Part shown: positions 46,396-57,028 of the stretch, one piece after another
Layout of the letters: every line of letters starts with the position of its first letter
Position numbering within the stretch: position 1 is the first letter of the stretch
Assembly: GCA_964394085.1 (NCBI GenBank)
Contig: CAYMWF010000011.1
Location: 27,926 to 91,925, forward strand
DNA: 64,000 nucleotides
Source of the DNA: an uncultured Gemmatimonadota bacterium
GTDB taxonomy: Bacteria > GCA-2686955 > CAYMWF01
Direction: 5' to 3'
Program-made: the position numbers and the translations under genes
Notes under the pieces: model-generated
What the model was told of the DNA's origin: nothing
The model's database searches: none
The model's input: only the letters and a program-made list of their open reading frames with translations

Positions 46396-47583
46396 ATGAG
46401 TGGCTTATCGAAAGTAGTCTATATTCTGGATGACGACGCGGGTGAAGCCGGGAGGATAGCCAAATACCTCCGTGAGCTTTCATGTAGAACGGTGATCGTC
46501 AGGGACGGCAGAGAGGGGCTGTCCCGCATCAAAAAGACCCCGCCCGATCTCGTCCTGATGGATCTGCTGCTGCCCAGGCTTTCCGGTTTCGATATACTGA
46601 AAAAAATCAGACGCAGCAGAAAAATCTCCGAAACCCCGGTTATCATATCATCCGCTTTTCTGCACGAAGAAACCGAGGAAGGGAATATCATCCTCGTCGG
46701 AAACGACCGCATTCCCTGCGACACCGAATTCATAATCACGAAACCGGTCGAAAAGGCGAAGATCATAGCCGCCGTTGAAGAAATCCTGTTCGGCAAACCG
46801 CCGGAAACCGCGGCTACCGACGAGTCCAGGTTGAAAATACTGATCGCTGAAGACAACGAGGACAACCTGGAGCTTCTGCGCCTGCGGCTGGATAAGAGCG
46901 CGCACGACGTTTTCACCGCGGTAAACGGCAAGGAGGCGGTGGATCAGTTCAACTGCCTGAATCCCGATGTCATTTTCCTCGATATCCAGATGCCTGAAAA
47001 AAATGGGCTGCAGGTCCTTGAAGAAATCAGGAGAATGGATGACACCTGCACAGTGATAATGATGACGGCCTTCGGCTCGGAGAATATAGCCGTCCAGTCT
47101 CTCAAGCTCGGTGCGAACGACTACCTGACCAAGCCTATCGACTACAGGGAAATTCTCAAAGTTCTCGAAGAAAACGTCAATCAGACCCGGCTCCGCAACA
47201 GGAATAAGCAGCTTCTCGAACAGCTGACGGTCGTAAACCGTGAACTGTACAGGAAATATGCCCTTCTACAGGAAGCAATCGCCCATATCGAGGCGGGCCA
47301 GGAAGAAGTGATCAAAGCGCAGCGGATTTCGGCGATCACGGAAACCGCCGTCAGCCTGAATCATGAAATCAACAATCCGCTCTGCTCGATAATGGGAAAC
47401 GCCGAACTTCTCACCATGATGCTGATCGACGCTGATGAAAAGGTGAAGAGAAAACTCGATATAATCACGCGGGAGTCGTCCCGGATTCATGAAACCACGA
47501 AAAAATTATCCCACCTGATGCAGCCTGTCCTTACCGAATATATCCACGGCGTGCAGATGATCGACCTCTCAAAATCCCGCTAG
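46396..47583 (+). CDS. Dual receiver (REC-REC) protein with C-terminal HisKA-like phosphoacceptor/dimerisation domain and no HATPase domain
   Basis: REC1: ILDDD..DLVLMDLLLP..; REC2: ILIAEDNE..DVIFLDIQMP..LTKP; H-box ..AVSLNHEINNPL... ORF ends before any ATPase motifs; next gene is convergent. Confidence 0.6.
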   Translation: MSGLSKVVYILDDDAGEAGRIAKYLRELSCRTVIVRDGREGLSRIKKTPPDLVLMDLLLPRLSGFDILKKIRRSRKISETPVIISSAFLHEETEEGNIILVGNDRIPCDTEFIITKPVEKAKIIAAVEEILFGKPPETAATDESRLKILIAEDNEDNLELLRLRLDKSAHDVFTAVNGKEAVDQFNCLNPDVIFLDIQMPEKNGLQVLEEIRRMDDTCTVIMMTAFGSENIAVQSLKLGANDYLTKPIDYREILKVLEENVNQTRLRNRNKQLLEQLTVVNRELYRKYALLQEAIAHIEAGQEEVIKAQRISAITETAVSLNHEINNPLCSIMGNAELLTMMLIDADEKVKRKLDIITRESSRIHETTKKLSHLMQPVLTEYIHGVQMIDLSKSR

Positions 47584-47649
47584 TGTCATTTGATGCTTGA
47601 CAGAGCGCCAGTCATATCACCGGCCCCGCCGACATTTCCAAACCGAATT

Positions 47650-48909
47650 TTATTCTACCTTCTGCAGCATCCCGGCGAAGCGCGCTGCCCCTTCCGCCAG
47701 CGTGGCGTGATCAGCCGTTCCGAAACTGGCGCGTACGCAGTTGCGGCTGCCTCCTCCGGGTGAAAATGCAGGTCCCGGAACCAGGACCACCCGATCATTG
47801 AGAATCTCTTTTTTCACCAGGTCGCCCGCGTTTATCCTTTCCGGAAGCCTGAACCAGACGAACATTCCCGCCTCCGGCACGTCGTATTCGACCCAGCCCG
47901 GGAGAAACTCGCGGCATGCATCGATAAGAGCATCCCTGTTCCGCCTGTAGAAATCGGCGATTTCCCTGGTTCGCGCGAGAAACGGACTCACCCCTTTGCG
48001 CGAGAAATATTCTGCAAGAACAACCTGGTTGAGCGAAGTCGTGTGAAGGTTGGACGCCTGCTTGAAAAGCACGACCTTCGAAGCGATGTCAACGGGAGCG
48101 GTGAGGTATCCTATCCTGAAACCGGGGAGGAAAATCTTGGAGAAACTGTCGAGGCGGATAACCCGGCCGTCGGTATCCATCGATTGCAGGGTGGGAAGCG
48201 GCTCGCCGCCATCGTATGTGATCATCCTGTAAGGATCATCCTCCACGACCAGGAGATCGAACCGCCGGGCGACTTCCAGCAGTTCTCGTCTTCTTTCGAG
48301 GGACAGGTTCACCCCGGCCGGATTATGTCCGGTTGGAATGGTGTATACAAACTTGGGAAGGCGACTGCCCCTCGCTGCCAGGTTTTCGAGCGTACTGCTG
48401 ATCATATCGGTCCGGATTCCGTTTCCGTCCACCGGAGACGTGACGAAATTACCGGTAAACGCCCTGAAGGACGACAGTGCCCCGGGATAGGTGGGCTCTG
48501 AGCAGAGTACGCTGTCTTCCTCGTCCAGGAAAAGGTATCCGACGGCGAACAGACCTTCCTGCCCGCCGTTCAGAACCACGAAACGGTCCTGTTCCAGGTC
48601 GATGCCGTCCCGCTCCCGCTGCCATTCTCTCAGAAACTCGATGAGCACGGGTTCACCGGCCGACGGCCCGTACTGCAGACCCCGCGCCAGGGCCCCTCCC
48701 TCGAGGGACAAAGAAACACCGTCGATGGTTTCGCAGGTCAGGCGGTTGATGGCGAATGTAGCCGGATTCGGGTAACCTCCCCCGAGGGAAACCATATCCT
48801 CCATCCTGGAATACGGCAGCAATTCCCTTATTGCCGAAGGTGCGAGCCCTTTCGCTCTCCGGGAGATTCTTGAATCGATGGTCTTCATCCGTTTCCTTTC
48901 GCCCGCCAT
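47650..48909 (-). CDS. PLP-dependent aminotransferase, class I/II fold (COG1167-type, 2-aminoadipate/aromatic aminotransferase-like)
   Basis: N-terminus ..LAPSAIRELL..; ..VYTIPTGHNPAGV..; Lys region ..LDSFSKIFLPGFRIGYL.. Confidence 0.7.
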   Translation of the reverse strand: MAGERKRMKTIDSRISRRAKGLAPSAIRELLPYSRMEDMVSLGGGYPNPATFAINRLTCETIDGVSLSLEGGALARGLQYGPSAGEPVLIEFLREWQRERDGIDLEQDRFVVLNGGQEGLFAVGYLFLDEEDSVLCSEPTYPGALSSFRAFTGNFVTSPVDGNGIRTDMISSTLENLAARGSRLPKFVYTIPTGHNPAGVNLSLERRRELLEVARRFDLLVVEDDPYRMITYDGGEPLPTLQSMDTDGRVIRLDSFSKIFLPGFRIGYLTAPVDIASKVVLFKQASNLHTTSLNQVVLAEYFSRKGVSPFLARTREIADFYRRNRDALIDACREFLPGWVEYDVPEAGMFVWFRLPERINAGDLVKKEILNDRVVLVPGPAFSPGGGSRNCVRASFGTADHATLAEGAARFAGMLQKVE

Positions 48910-50813
48910 CCGTGTTCTTTTTCCAGGCCGGACAGGTGAGTCGTCACTTCATCCATGAATTCGTCCTTCTTTTCAGGCTGCCCCACGAATCCTCCCCGGG
49001 AGAGCTTCACGAGCATAAGCATGTGTGGAGGACTTTCCACGAGAGTATATATTTTTATTCTGTATTTCTTGCGCAGGCCGCTGAAGAAACCGGGAAGCTC
49101 TTTCGTCTTCGGGCATCCTATAGCAAGCCATGGATAAGGCGGCACTCCGCCGAATCCGATCTCTTCGAGACGGCATACCCAGCCGTCCTTCGAATCCCTC
49201 ACCAGTTCCAGCATGCTTGCGCCGAGAGTTATCACCGCCGCCAGTTCCTCCGGCGGCACGATGAAGTTCAAAACATATTTATCCCCGAGATGAGCGAAAA
49301 TATCGCGAACGAGGTTCCTGTCGTACCGAGCGTCGATATGGCTCATGACCGTATCGAGCCGCTTTCTGCGAAGAGCTCTCGACGTGATGTCGAACAGGCG
49401 CAGGTTGGGCCCGATATCCTTCACCTCCTTGAGAAGAACGTCTATCCGCCGAAGGATATCGTCGACATTCAAGTCCCGGCGTCCACCGAAGAATTCCCTG
49501 TGGTCCACCCAGAGGTCCAGGATTATGACTTCCTGGTTCAGCGGGCTGTCGCCGTCTTCATAGAGTACCTGGGACGGGGTCTCGGACGCCACGCAGGTGA
49601 ACCCCGGCTGCTGGTTCAGGTGCGCCGCCACCGGTATGGCGAACCCGGTGAATTCCCCGGATGAAACCAGGATGATTTTCAGGTAGGAATCGCTGTGCGG
49701 GTGAACGTAAACCTGGGGGATGCCCAGGCGGTGCTCCTCGTTCCGCATCTCGGGCACGACCGTCCGCTGAATGAGTTCGACGCCGGGAGAGAGCTTGGGC
49801 AGGGTCTGCTCGCCGCTTCTGTCGTGAAACCGCTTGCGGAGGCTGACGAGTTTATCCTCATCAAAGGGTTGTCCGTCCCTGGTGCAGATTTCGATTCGGA
49901 AAACACCGATATTGTCGCTCCTGAAAAACCCCTTGTCATGCTTTCGAACAAAGCCCGGTTCCACCTTGTCCAGGATATTGAGACAGTCGGTGAGAGCAAG
50001 CCTGTCGAGATCGGCTGCAACCGTTATTCCGGTGAGGGTCTCTTTTACCTGCGAGCCGACCTCGAGGTTGCTGATATCGACCATCACCCTGTCCCGATGC
50101 CGGCTCACGCTCCTGGCGAAATTATAATTGTTGATGATCATGCGGGCTATATCCCTGGTGTCGCGTTCCCGGATGTACAATTCCGACCTCGCCTCGAAAA
50201 ACTTCACGGCTTCACCGGAAGGTCCGAGGATCGCGTCGATATCCTCCCGGGGGAAATTTTCCCTGATATATTCCGCAATCCCCAGAAACAGCGCCACCTT
50301 GATTGCGCTGCCCTCCTGCAGCCTCGTCAAAACCTTGTCTTTTACGGCGATTTTCGACAGCTTGAAAACCAGCTCCTCCCGACGGGTGGTCAGGTAGTCG
50401 AGTTCCTCGACGGTGCGCGGAGTAATCTCGAAAAAACTGAGGCCGAACTGGTAGCTGCCGTAGGTGACTACGAAACCCCTGGTATACCTGATTGAAAGAT
50501 TGCCGGATTTAAGGATGCTGGCGCAGCCCTCGATAAGCCCTTCCCAGTCGGGGCCGAACACGGTGAACGATATGACGATATCATCCAGCTCGTTGAGCAT
50601 TTGCGATGTAATTACATCGGGAGAGGACAACACCTGGACTTTGCCCGGATTCTTCAGCTGCAGATCAAGGAGATACACGAGTGAAGCCATTTCTTCACCG
50701 CCCAGCCGGTGAAGATGCCTGTTCTGGGTCAACAGGTTCTGCCTGATTTCACGGGCGACGTTGTGATCGAGGGTGGTTGATGGTATGAATTCCAGGAAAT
50801 TATCGTTGTCCAT
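48885..50813 (-). CDS. Hypothetical protein (642 aa), co-oriented with the aminotransferase gene and overlapping it by 25 bp
   Basis: Long ORF with coherent codon usage; no motif confidently recognised (no clear NTase or HD signatures). Confidence 0.4.
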   Translation of the reverse strand: MDNDNFLEFIPSTTLDHNVAREIRQNLLTQNRHLHRLGGEEMASLVYLLDLQLKNPGKVQVLSSPDVITSQMLNELDDIVISFTVFGPDWEGLIEGCASILKSGNLSIRYTRGFVVTYGSYQFGLSFFEITPRTVEELDYLTTRREELVFKLSKIAVKDKVLTRLQEGSAIKVALFLGIAEYIRENFPREDIDAILGPSGEAVKFFEARSELYIRERDTRDIARMIINNYNFARSVSRHRDRVMVDISNLEVGSQVKETLTGITVAADLDRLALTDCLNILDKVEPGFVRKHDKGFFRSDNIGVFRIEICTRDGQPFDEDKLVSLRKRFHDRSGEQTLPKLSPGVELIQRTVVPEMRNEEHRLGIPQVYVHPHSDSYLKIILVSSGEFTGFAIPVAAHLNQQPGFTCVASETPSQVLYEDGDSPLNQEVIILDLWVDHREFFGGRRDLNVDDILRRIDVLLKEVKDIGPNLRLFDITSRALRRKRLDTVMSHIDARYDRNLVRDIFAHLGDKYVLNFIVPPEELAAVITLGASMLELVRDSKDGWVCRLEEIGFGGVPPYPWLAIGCPKTKELPGFFSGLRKKYRIKIYTLVESPPHMLMLVKLSRGGFVGQPEKKDEFMDEVTTHLSGLEKEHGWRAKGNG

Positions 50814-50920
50814 TACTGGTTCTCCGGGGTGGATTTCCTTGCTCGCAATCCTGATCCCAATAGGATAATCTAGGCCAACAAGATACCGATATCAAGTAAT
50901 TCGGCATCCGGAAGAGAAGA

Positions 50921-51955
50921 ATGGCGAACAATATTATCGGAAAAACGCGGTCGGAGTGCGTAGCACTGTGCGAATCCCTGGGTGAAAGCCCTTTCCGGGC
51001 GGATCAGCTGCTCCGCTGGATCTATCACGATAGAGTCCGCACCTTCGATGCCATGACGAACCTCCCCATGGAATTCCGGAGCCTGCTTTCAACCAGGGCC
51101 GAGATCCGGTATCCCGAGCTGATAAAGTCTGAATCCTCCGCAATCGACGGCTCCCTCAAGATGCTCCTCCGGCTGGAAGGCGGACATTCCGTAGAAACCG
51201 TTCTGCTGCCGGCTCACGATCGCCTTACTGTTTGTCTGTCGACCCAGGTCGGCTGCGCCCTCGGGTGCGGGTTCTGCAGGACCGGAGAAATGGGGTTCGT
51301 CCGGAACATGGAAACGGCCGAGATCGTGGGGCAGGTGCTCGTCGCGGCGGGAGAGACGCAGCGAAGGATATCGAATATTGTACTGATGGGGATGGGCGAA
51401 CCTCTTCTCAACCTGGATAACGTAATCCGGGCGGTGCGGATCTTCCGCGACGAAAAGATCTTCGCCGTCGGTTCCCGCAAACTCACGGTTTCAACAGCCG
51501 GGATCACGGACGGTCTCAGGAAGATCGGTTCGCTGCGGCCGGAGCTGATGTTCGGAATCTCCGTGTCTCTGAACGCCCCCGACCAGGAGCTGCGAAAGAA
51601 GCTCATGCCGGCCGCGGCGGCCAATCCGCTGCATGAGCTTATGGATGCGGCGGCTTCCCTGGGACGCAGGGGGCGGCGCGGCCTCACTTTCGAGTACGTT
51701 CTGCTCGGCGGCGTGAACGACCGGGAAGATCACGCCCGGCGTCTAGCCCGGCTCCTCCGGAATATAAGCTGCAAGGTCAACCTTATTCCCTTCAACCCTT
51801 ATCCGGGTGCTGAATTCACCCGCCCGGACGAGAGATCGACTGCACGCTTCCTGAAAATCCTCGTTGACAACCGGGTGCCCGCCACCGTCCGCGCCAGTCT
51901 CGGTGAGGATATCCTCGGAGCCTGCGGGCAGCTCGCCACGGACAAGCGTCTCTGA
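50921..51955 (+). CDS. rlmN: Radical SAM 23S rRNA (A2503-C2)/tRNA methyltransferase
   Basis: ..CLSTQVGCALGCGFCRTGEMG.. (CX3CX2C), ..MGMGEPLLN.., ..LTVSTAGI.., C-terminal Cys. Confidence 0.85.
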   Translation: MANNIIGKTRSECVALCESLGESPFRADQLLRWIYHDRVRTFDAMTNLPMEFRSLLSTRAEIRYPELIKSESSAIDGSLKMLLRLEGGHSVETVLLPAHDRLTVCLSTQVGCALGCGFCRTGEMGFVRNMETAEIVGQVLVAAGETQRRISNIVLMGMGEPLLNLDNVIRAVRIFRDEKIFAVGSRKLTVSTAGITDGLRKIGSLRPELMFGISVSLNAPDQELRKKLMPAAAANPLHELMDAAASLGRRGRRGLTFEYVLLGGVNDREDHARRLARLLRNISCKVNLIPFNPYPGAEFTRPDERSTARFLKILVDNRVPATVRASLGEDILGACGQLATDKRL

Positions 51956-52024
51956 ACCATTTGCAATTCCCGGAACTGTTTACACCGGACGGCTGCCGGT
52001 TGCGCGGGAAACGTTGTTGCGTGA

Positions 52025-52804
52025 TTATTTCGCGGGTTCGGCGGGTTTTTCGGCGGTGTCGATCCCGAAATGATTGATGATCTCTTTTTTCAGCACTTTC
52101 CTGTCGAGATCCTTCAGGAGCTGGCCCCGGCGGGCGAAGGAAACGGACTGGGATTCTTCTGATATTACAATGATACCGGCATCGCTTTCTTCGGACAAAC
52201 CGAGCGCCGCGCGGTGGCGGGTTCCGAGGGCCCTGTCGTGGACGGGATTCTGAGTGAGCGGGAGGATGCATCCCGCTGCTACTATCTGGTTGCCCCGGAC
52301 GATGACGGCGCCGTCGTGGAGGGGGGTGCTGGGCACGAATATGGTCGTCAGCAGGTCCACCGACACGGCGGCGGACACTTTCACGCCTGTCTGAATGATG
52401 TTTTTCAGCCCCACGTCCTTTTCCAGAACCAGCAGTCCGCCCAGCCTCATATCAGACAGCTTGTAGGTCGCCTTGATAACCTCGTCCAGCGCTTCCACCG
52501 GTTCTACCTGGAGCAGCGATGCGACCATCCGGTTCTCGCCGAGGGTGGCCAGCGCCCTCCTGAGCTCCGGCTGAAAGAGCACAAAGATGGCAATCACCCA
52601 GACCGTGCGAAGAGATCCCAGGATGAACTGGAGGGCGTGCAGGTTGAAAACATTGACGAAGAGTGAAAAAACAAGGATCAGGGCGAGGCCGATGAACATC
52701 TGCACGGCTCTCGTCCCCTTCACGAGAATGTAGAGCTTGTAGAAGATGATGCTGACCAGGATGATGTCGATGATGTCGGTTATACCCGGTTTCAGGAAAT
52801 TCAT
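52025..52804 (-). CDS. cdaA: Diadenylate cyclase CdaA (c-di-AMP synthase) with N-terminal 3-TM anchor
   Basis: DAC motifs ..PLHDGAVIVRGNQIVAAGCILPL.. and ..GTRHRAALGLSEESDAGIIVISEE... Start at internal Met (MNFLKPGITDII..), 4-bp overlap with folP. Confidence 0.8.
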   Translation of the reverse strand: MNFLKPGITDIIDIILVSIIFYKLYILVKGTRAVQMFIGLALILVFSLFVNVFNLHALQFILGSLRTVWVIAIFVLFQPELRRALATLGENRMVASLLQVEPVEALDEVIKATYKLSDMRLGGLLVLEKDVGLKNIIQTGVKVSAAVSVDLLTTIFVPSTPLHDGAVIVRGNQIVAAGCILPLTQNPVHDRALGTRHRAALGLSEESDAGIIVISEESQSVSFARRGQLLKDLDRKVLKKEIINHFGIDTAEKPAEPAK

Positions 52805-54045
52805 TCTTCGTACTCCGCGATGGCAGCGGCGATTCTGCCGGCCCGAACCGCGTCCGAAACATCGTGTGCACGCAGCATGTGCACTCCCGAACTCGAACAC
52901 ACGGCCGAAGCCGCGATTGTGCCGGTCAGCCTGTCCGACGGCTGGTTTTCATCGAGAAGAGCGCCTATGAACGATTTTCGGGACAGACCGACAAGCACGG
53001 GGTATCCGAGAGACATGATCTCCCGGAGTCTGCCCAGCAGCGCCAGGTTATGCTCCACCTTCTTGCCGAACCCTATGCCCGGATCGATCATTATAGACTC
53101 TGCCGGAACTCCCGCCTCCGCGGCGGCCCGGCTCCGTTCCGACAGGAATCCGCAGACTTCGTCCAGCAGATTGTCATAACGGGGGTCGCGCTGCATATCC
53201 GCGGGGGTGCCTTTCCTGTGCATCAGGATGACACCCGCCGACCGGGATGCGATGAGATCCAGCATTTCCGGGTCATCCAGCCCCGCGCTGACATCGTTGA
53301 CAATGGAAACACCGGCATCGAGGGCGGCCTCCGCAACCGCCGTCTTGGTCGTGTCGATCGACAGGGGGACATCCACCCGGGCGGCAAGCCCTTCGATCGC
53401 CGGAATCACCCGATCCAGTTCATCGGCGGCGGAGACGGGCGCCGCGCCGGGCCGGGTCGATTCACCGCCGATATCGATGACGGCCGCCCCCGCCGCAGCC
53501 ATATCCTCTCCCCTGGCAACGGCCTCATCGACGGATAAAATCGCGCCCCCGTCGTAAAACGAATCGGGGGTCAGATTGAGGATGCCCATCACGGCCGGAG
53601 GTCTGCCGCCGCCGAGAGGGATGACCGCCCCCCCTGCGGTATAGTTGAACCCGCCATGCTGATGCTCTGAGCTGATGTTGTCCGTGATGCCACGGAGCAT
53701 CTCTCCCACCCTGTCGAGCCCGAAATAAGGTCTCGTCAACTTCCGGCTTACCAGCCGGAGCTGGGCCGCGTTCGCCATGAGGATACAGGAGGACGTGGTA
53801 ACGCTCCCGTCGACGACGCCGCGATGGACGGCAAGCTCCCCACCGGCGGCGAGGAACTCCTGTTTAAGGATATTCAGAGCCGGGAAAGAAAGCCCCGAAA
53901 TCTTCCAGAGCCCGGTTCCGGCCTTGGGAATCATTATCTCGATTCCTCGCGGATCAACACCTATGCCGGCCATCTCGGCCGCGAGCTCCCGGCTGTCTCG
54001 CGGGTGCAATTCCCTTATCAATATGTTTTTGCGGGTATTTTTCAC
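52801..54045 (-). CDS. folP: Dihydropteroate synthase with about 150-aa N-terminal uncharacterised extension
   Basis: Pterin-binding signatures MGILNLTPDSFYDGG and VIDIGGESTRPGA; C-terminal ..GTIAASAV... N-terminal 150 aa has no recognised motif. Confidence 0.8.
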   Translation of the reverse strand: MKNTRKNILIRELHPRDSRELAAEMAGIGVDPRGIEIMIPKAGTGLWKISGLSFPALNILKQEFLAAGGELAVHRGVVDGSVTTSSCILMANAAQLRLVSRKLTRPYFGLDRVGEMLRGITDNISSEHQHGGFNYTAGGAVIPLGGGRPPAVMGILNLTPDSFYDGGAILSVDEAVARGEDMAAAGAAVIDIGGESTRPGAAPVSAADELDRVIPAIEGLAARVDVPLSIDTTKTAVAEAALDAGVSIVNDVSAGLDDPEMLDLIASRSAGVILMHRKGTPADMQRDPRYDNLLDEVCGFLSERSRAAAEAGVPAESIMIDPGIGFGKKVEHNLALLGRLREIMSLGYPVLVGLSRKSFIGALLDENQPSDRLTGTIAASAVCSSSGVHMLRAHDVSDAVRAGRIAAAIAEYEE

Positions 54046-54066
54046 GACTCCGGCACGGTTCGCCCG

Positions 54067-56289
54067 TCAGGGGCGGGATTCACCCTCCCGGCTGTCCGCA
54101 GAACCGGAATTCCGCTCAGCAGGATCGCCGGGATTGTCGTCTTCTGCGATCGGAACGGCCGTATCGGCTGTTTCATCCTCTACCCCTGCTGAAACTCCGG
54201 CAGCGGGAACGTCCCCGTCAGGCTCCGCTTCCTCCGCATCGAGATCGGCGATCTCCGCGGTCGAGGGATCGGTCTTACCGGAATCTCCTTCCATATCCTC
54301 CGGGTGATCGCCGTTCGGAGAACTCTTCTCTCCGCTGGAAGGAGGATCCGGCAGTTCCTTATGCTGAAGTATCAACCTGATGTCGGCTCCCGTAATACAT
54401 TCCCTCTCCAGAAGTTTGTCCGCGATGGCGTGCAATATGTCGATTTCCGCTTCCAGAATAGCGTTTGCGCGATCGTTCCCGCTGGTTACAAGTCTTCTGA
54501 CTTCCTTGTCGATATTGACGGCGGTCTGCTCGCTGTAGTCGCGGTGGGTCGCGATCTCCCGTCCCAGGAAGATTTCTTCCTGTTTCTTACCGAAGGTCAG
54601 CGGCCCCATCGTATCGCTCATCCCCCATTCGCAGACCATCTTGCGCGCGAGCCCGGATGCCTGCTCTATATCGTTCGCGGAACCATTGGTGGTTTTCTCG
54701 AAAATCAGCGTTTCGGCGGCTCTTCCGCCGAGCATGGTTGCGAGAAGACCCATGTAGTATTCTTTGGTTCGCAGATATTTTTCGTCTATGGGCAGGTGCT
54801 GGGTTACGCCGAGAGCCCGGCCGCGCGGAATTATGCTGACCTTGTGGACAGGGTCCATACCCGGAATTTTGCTGGTTACAAGTGCGTGCCCGGCCTCATG
54901 ATACGCGATTACCTTCTTTTCTTCTTCGCTGATGAGAAGACTTTTACGCTCCGTTCCCATGAGCACCTTGTCCCGGGCATCCTCGAAATCGATCATCTCT
55001 ACGGATTTCTTGCCGCGACGGGCGGCGAGAAGCGCCGCTTCATTCACCATGCTGGCGATATCCGCCCCGGAGAAGCCGGGGGTTCCGCGGGCCAGCACCG
55101 AGAAATCCACGTTCTCGTCGACCGGAATTTCCCTTACATGCACTTTCACGATACCGAGCCGTCCGGTCAGGTCGGGCCTGTCGACGACGATCTGGCGATC
55201 GAACCTGCCGGGCCGCAGCAACGCGGGGTCGAGCACATCGGGCCGGTTGGTGGCGGCGACGAGAATGACGCCTTCGTTCGAGTCGAAACCGTCCATTTCA
55301 ACCAGAAGCTGGTTGAGGGTCTGCTCCCTCTCATCATGCCCCCCGCCGAGCCCTGCGCCGCGGTGGCGCCCCACCGCGTCGATTTCGTCTATGAATATTA
55401 TGCACGGGGCATTCTTCTTGCCCTGCTCGAAAAGATCGCGGACCCGCGAGGCGCCGACACCTACGAACATCTCGACGAAATCGGAGCCGCTCATGCTGAA
55501 AAACGGAACGCCGGCCTCACCTGCGATAGCCCGTGCAAGGAGCGTTTTCCCCGTCCCCGGGGGGCCGAGAAGCAGCGCTCCCTTGGGAATCTTGCCGCCG
55601 AGCTTCTGGAATTTGGCGGGATCTTTGAGAAACTCGATGATTTCCTGGACTTCTTCCTTGGCTTCATCGATGCCGGCGACATCCTTGAAGGTTACATCCG
55701 GTTTATCCTCGGTGAGAAGTTTCGCCTTGCTCTTGCCGAAGGAGAACGCCCTGTTGCCGCCTCCCTGCATCTGGCGCATAAGGAAAAGCCAGAGCAGCAG
55801 GAAGAAGACGATAGGGAGATATGCCCAGAGGCCGCCCCACCATTTCGAAACGGGAGGCTTGACTTCGATTTCAACCCCGGCGTCGGTAGATCGTAATTTT
55901 TCCACCAGCTGCCAGAAATCCATCTCCGGGGCCGATGTCTTGAATTTTCTGGATGCCAGGACGCTGGTGTCATCCTCCTGCACCACCGCTCCCTTGAACG
56001 AGCCTGTAATTTCGCGACCGTCAAGGTGAACCTTCTCTACGCGACCCGCTTCTACTTCCGCGAGGAACTCGGTAAACTTCAGGATTTTTATGTTTGTCTG
56101 CTCCCCCTGAAAAAGATTATATGCGAGAAGCGACATCAGAATTATGGCGAACCAGAATGCAAGAGTCCTGGAGCCGCCGCCGAACGCCGGAAGATTCGGC
56201 TTCAACCCTTTGCCGCCGTCGCCTTCTTTTTTACCGAGGGGGCGCTTACCGCCGGAAGCCCCGCCCGATTTCTTACTTTGCGAGCCCAT
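54067..56289 (-). CDS. ftsH: ATP-dependent zinc metalloprotease FtsH
   Basis: Two N-terminal TM helices; Walker A GPPGTGKT; SRH; zinc motif HEAGHA; acidic C-terminal tail. Confidence 0.9.
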   Translation of the reverse strand: MGSQSKKSGGASGGKRPLGKKEGDGGKGLKPNLPAFGGGSRTLAFWFAIILMSLLAYNLFQGEQTNIKILKFTEFLAEVEAGRVEKVHLDGREITGSFKGAVVQEDDTSVLASRKFKTSAPEMDFWQLVEKLRSTDAGVEIEVKPPVSKWWGGLWAYLPIVFFLLLWLFLMRQMQGGGNRAFSFGKSKAKLLTEDKPDVTFKDVAGIDEAKEEVQEIIEFLKDPAKFQKLGGKIPKGALLLGPPGTGKTLLARAIAGEAGVPFFSMSGSDFVEMFVGVGASRVRDLFEQGKKNAPCIIFIDEIDAVGRHRGAGLGGGHDEREQTLNQLLVEMDGFDSNEGVILVAATNRPDVLDPALLRPGRFDRQIVVDRPDLTGRLGIVKVHVREIPVDENVDFSVLARGTPGFSGADIASMVNEAALLAARRGKKSVEMIDFEDARDKVLMGTERKSLLISEEEKKVIAYHEAGHALVTSKIPGMDPVHKVSIIPRGRALGVTQHLPIDEKYLRTKEYYMGLLATMLGGRAAETLIFEKTTNGSANDIEQASGLARKMVCEWGMSDTMGPLTFGKKQEEIFLGREIATHRDYSEQTAVNIDKEVRRLVTSGNDRANAILEAEIDILHAIADKLLERECITGADIRLILQHKELPDPPSSGEKSSPNGDHPEDMEGDSGKTDPSTAEIADLDAEEAEPDGDVPAAGVSAGVEDETADTAVPIAEDDNPGDPAERNSGSADSREGESRP

Positions 56290-56304
56290 CTATAATCCTT
56301 TTGT

Positions 56305-56832
56305 CTATTCAAATTCGATAAAGCAGATATCAGGAAGATTCCTGAGACGCTCTTCATAGTCGAGCCCATAGCCGACTACGAACCTGTCGGGGATTTCGAA
56401 CCCCAGGTACTTGACGTCCGTAACCTTTCTTCGTTCCTTTTCTTTATTTAATAAAGCACAAACGCATATCGAAGCGGGTTTACGGAGCTTGAGATGCTCG
56501 AGAACATAGTGGAGGGTCATGCCGGTATCGTAGATATCTTCAACGACAATGATGTCCCGGTTGAAGATGTTGGTCGAGATATCGCTCAGTATCCTGACGT
56601 TTCCCGTGCTTCTCGTCGTACCCTGGTACGACGACACCATCATGAAGTCAATGGAGTGAGGGCATTCTATCGAACGTACCAGATCCGCCAGAAATATCGT
56701 GCCGCCTTTGAGCACCGTAACCAGGATCGGGTCTTTGTCGATATAATCCTTCGTTATTGCGGCACCGAGCTCTCTCACCCTGTCGGCTATCTCTTCACGG
56801 GATATAAAAACTTTAAGGTTGTACGGTTTCAT
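56305..56832 (-). CDS. hpt: Hypoxanthine-guanine phosphoribosyltransferase
   Basis: PRPP-binding loop IVVEDIYDTGMTL; 175 aa. Confidence 0.85.
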   Translation of the reverse strand: MKPYNLKVFISREEIADRVRELGAAITKDYIDKDPILVTVLKGGTIFLADLVRSIECPHSIDFMMVSSYQGTTRSTGNVRILSDISTNIFNRDIIVVEDIYDTGMTLHYVLEHLKLRKPASICVCALLNKEKERRKVTDVKYLGFEIPDRFVVGYGLDYEERLRNLPDICFIEFE

Positions 56833-57028
56833 CTGTTATCCGGTTTGAAAAATTTCAGATTATTGAATTTTCTGCGTCCCGTCCCGTTCAGTATACCACG
56901 GACTTCGTCAGATTGAAAGTACCCCGGCGGCCGGAATAAATCAAATACCTTTTTCCGCGCGGGGTAAAAAGCTGAAATACAGCCGTCATACGAATCATAC
57001 ACCTCATTTAAGCGGCAGCATCAGCATT

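Noticed and set aside
54304-55896. 530-aa plus-strand ORF opposite ftsH, and 365-aa ORF 54932-56029
   Set aside because: Antisense or out-of-frame shadows of ftsH in GC-rich sequence.
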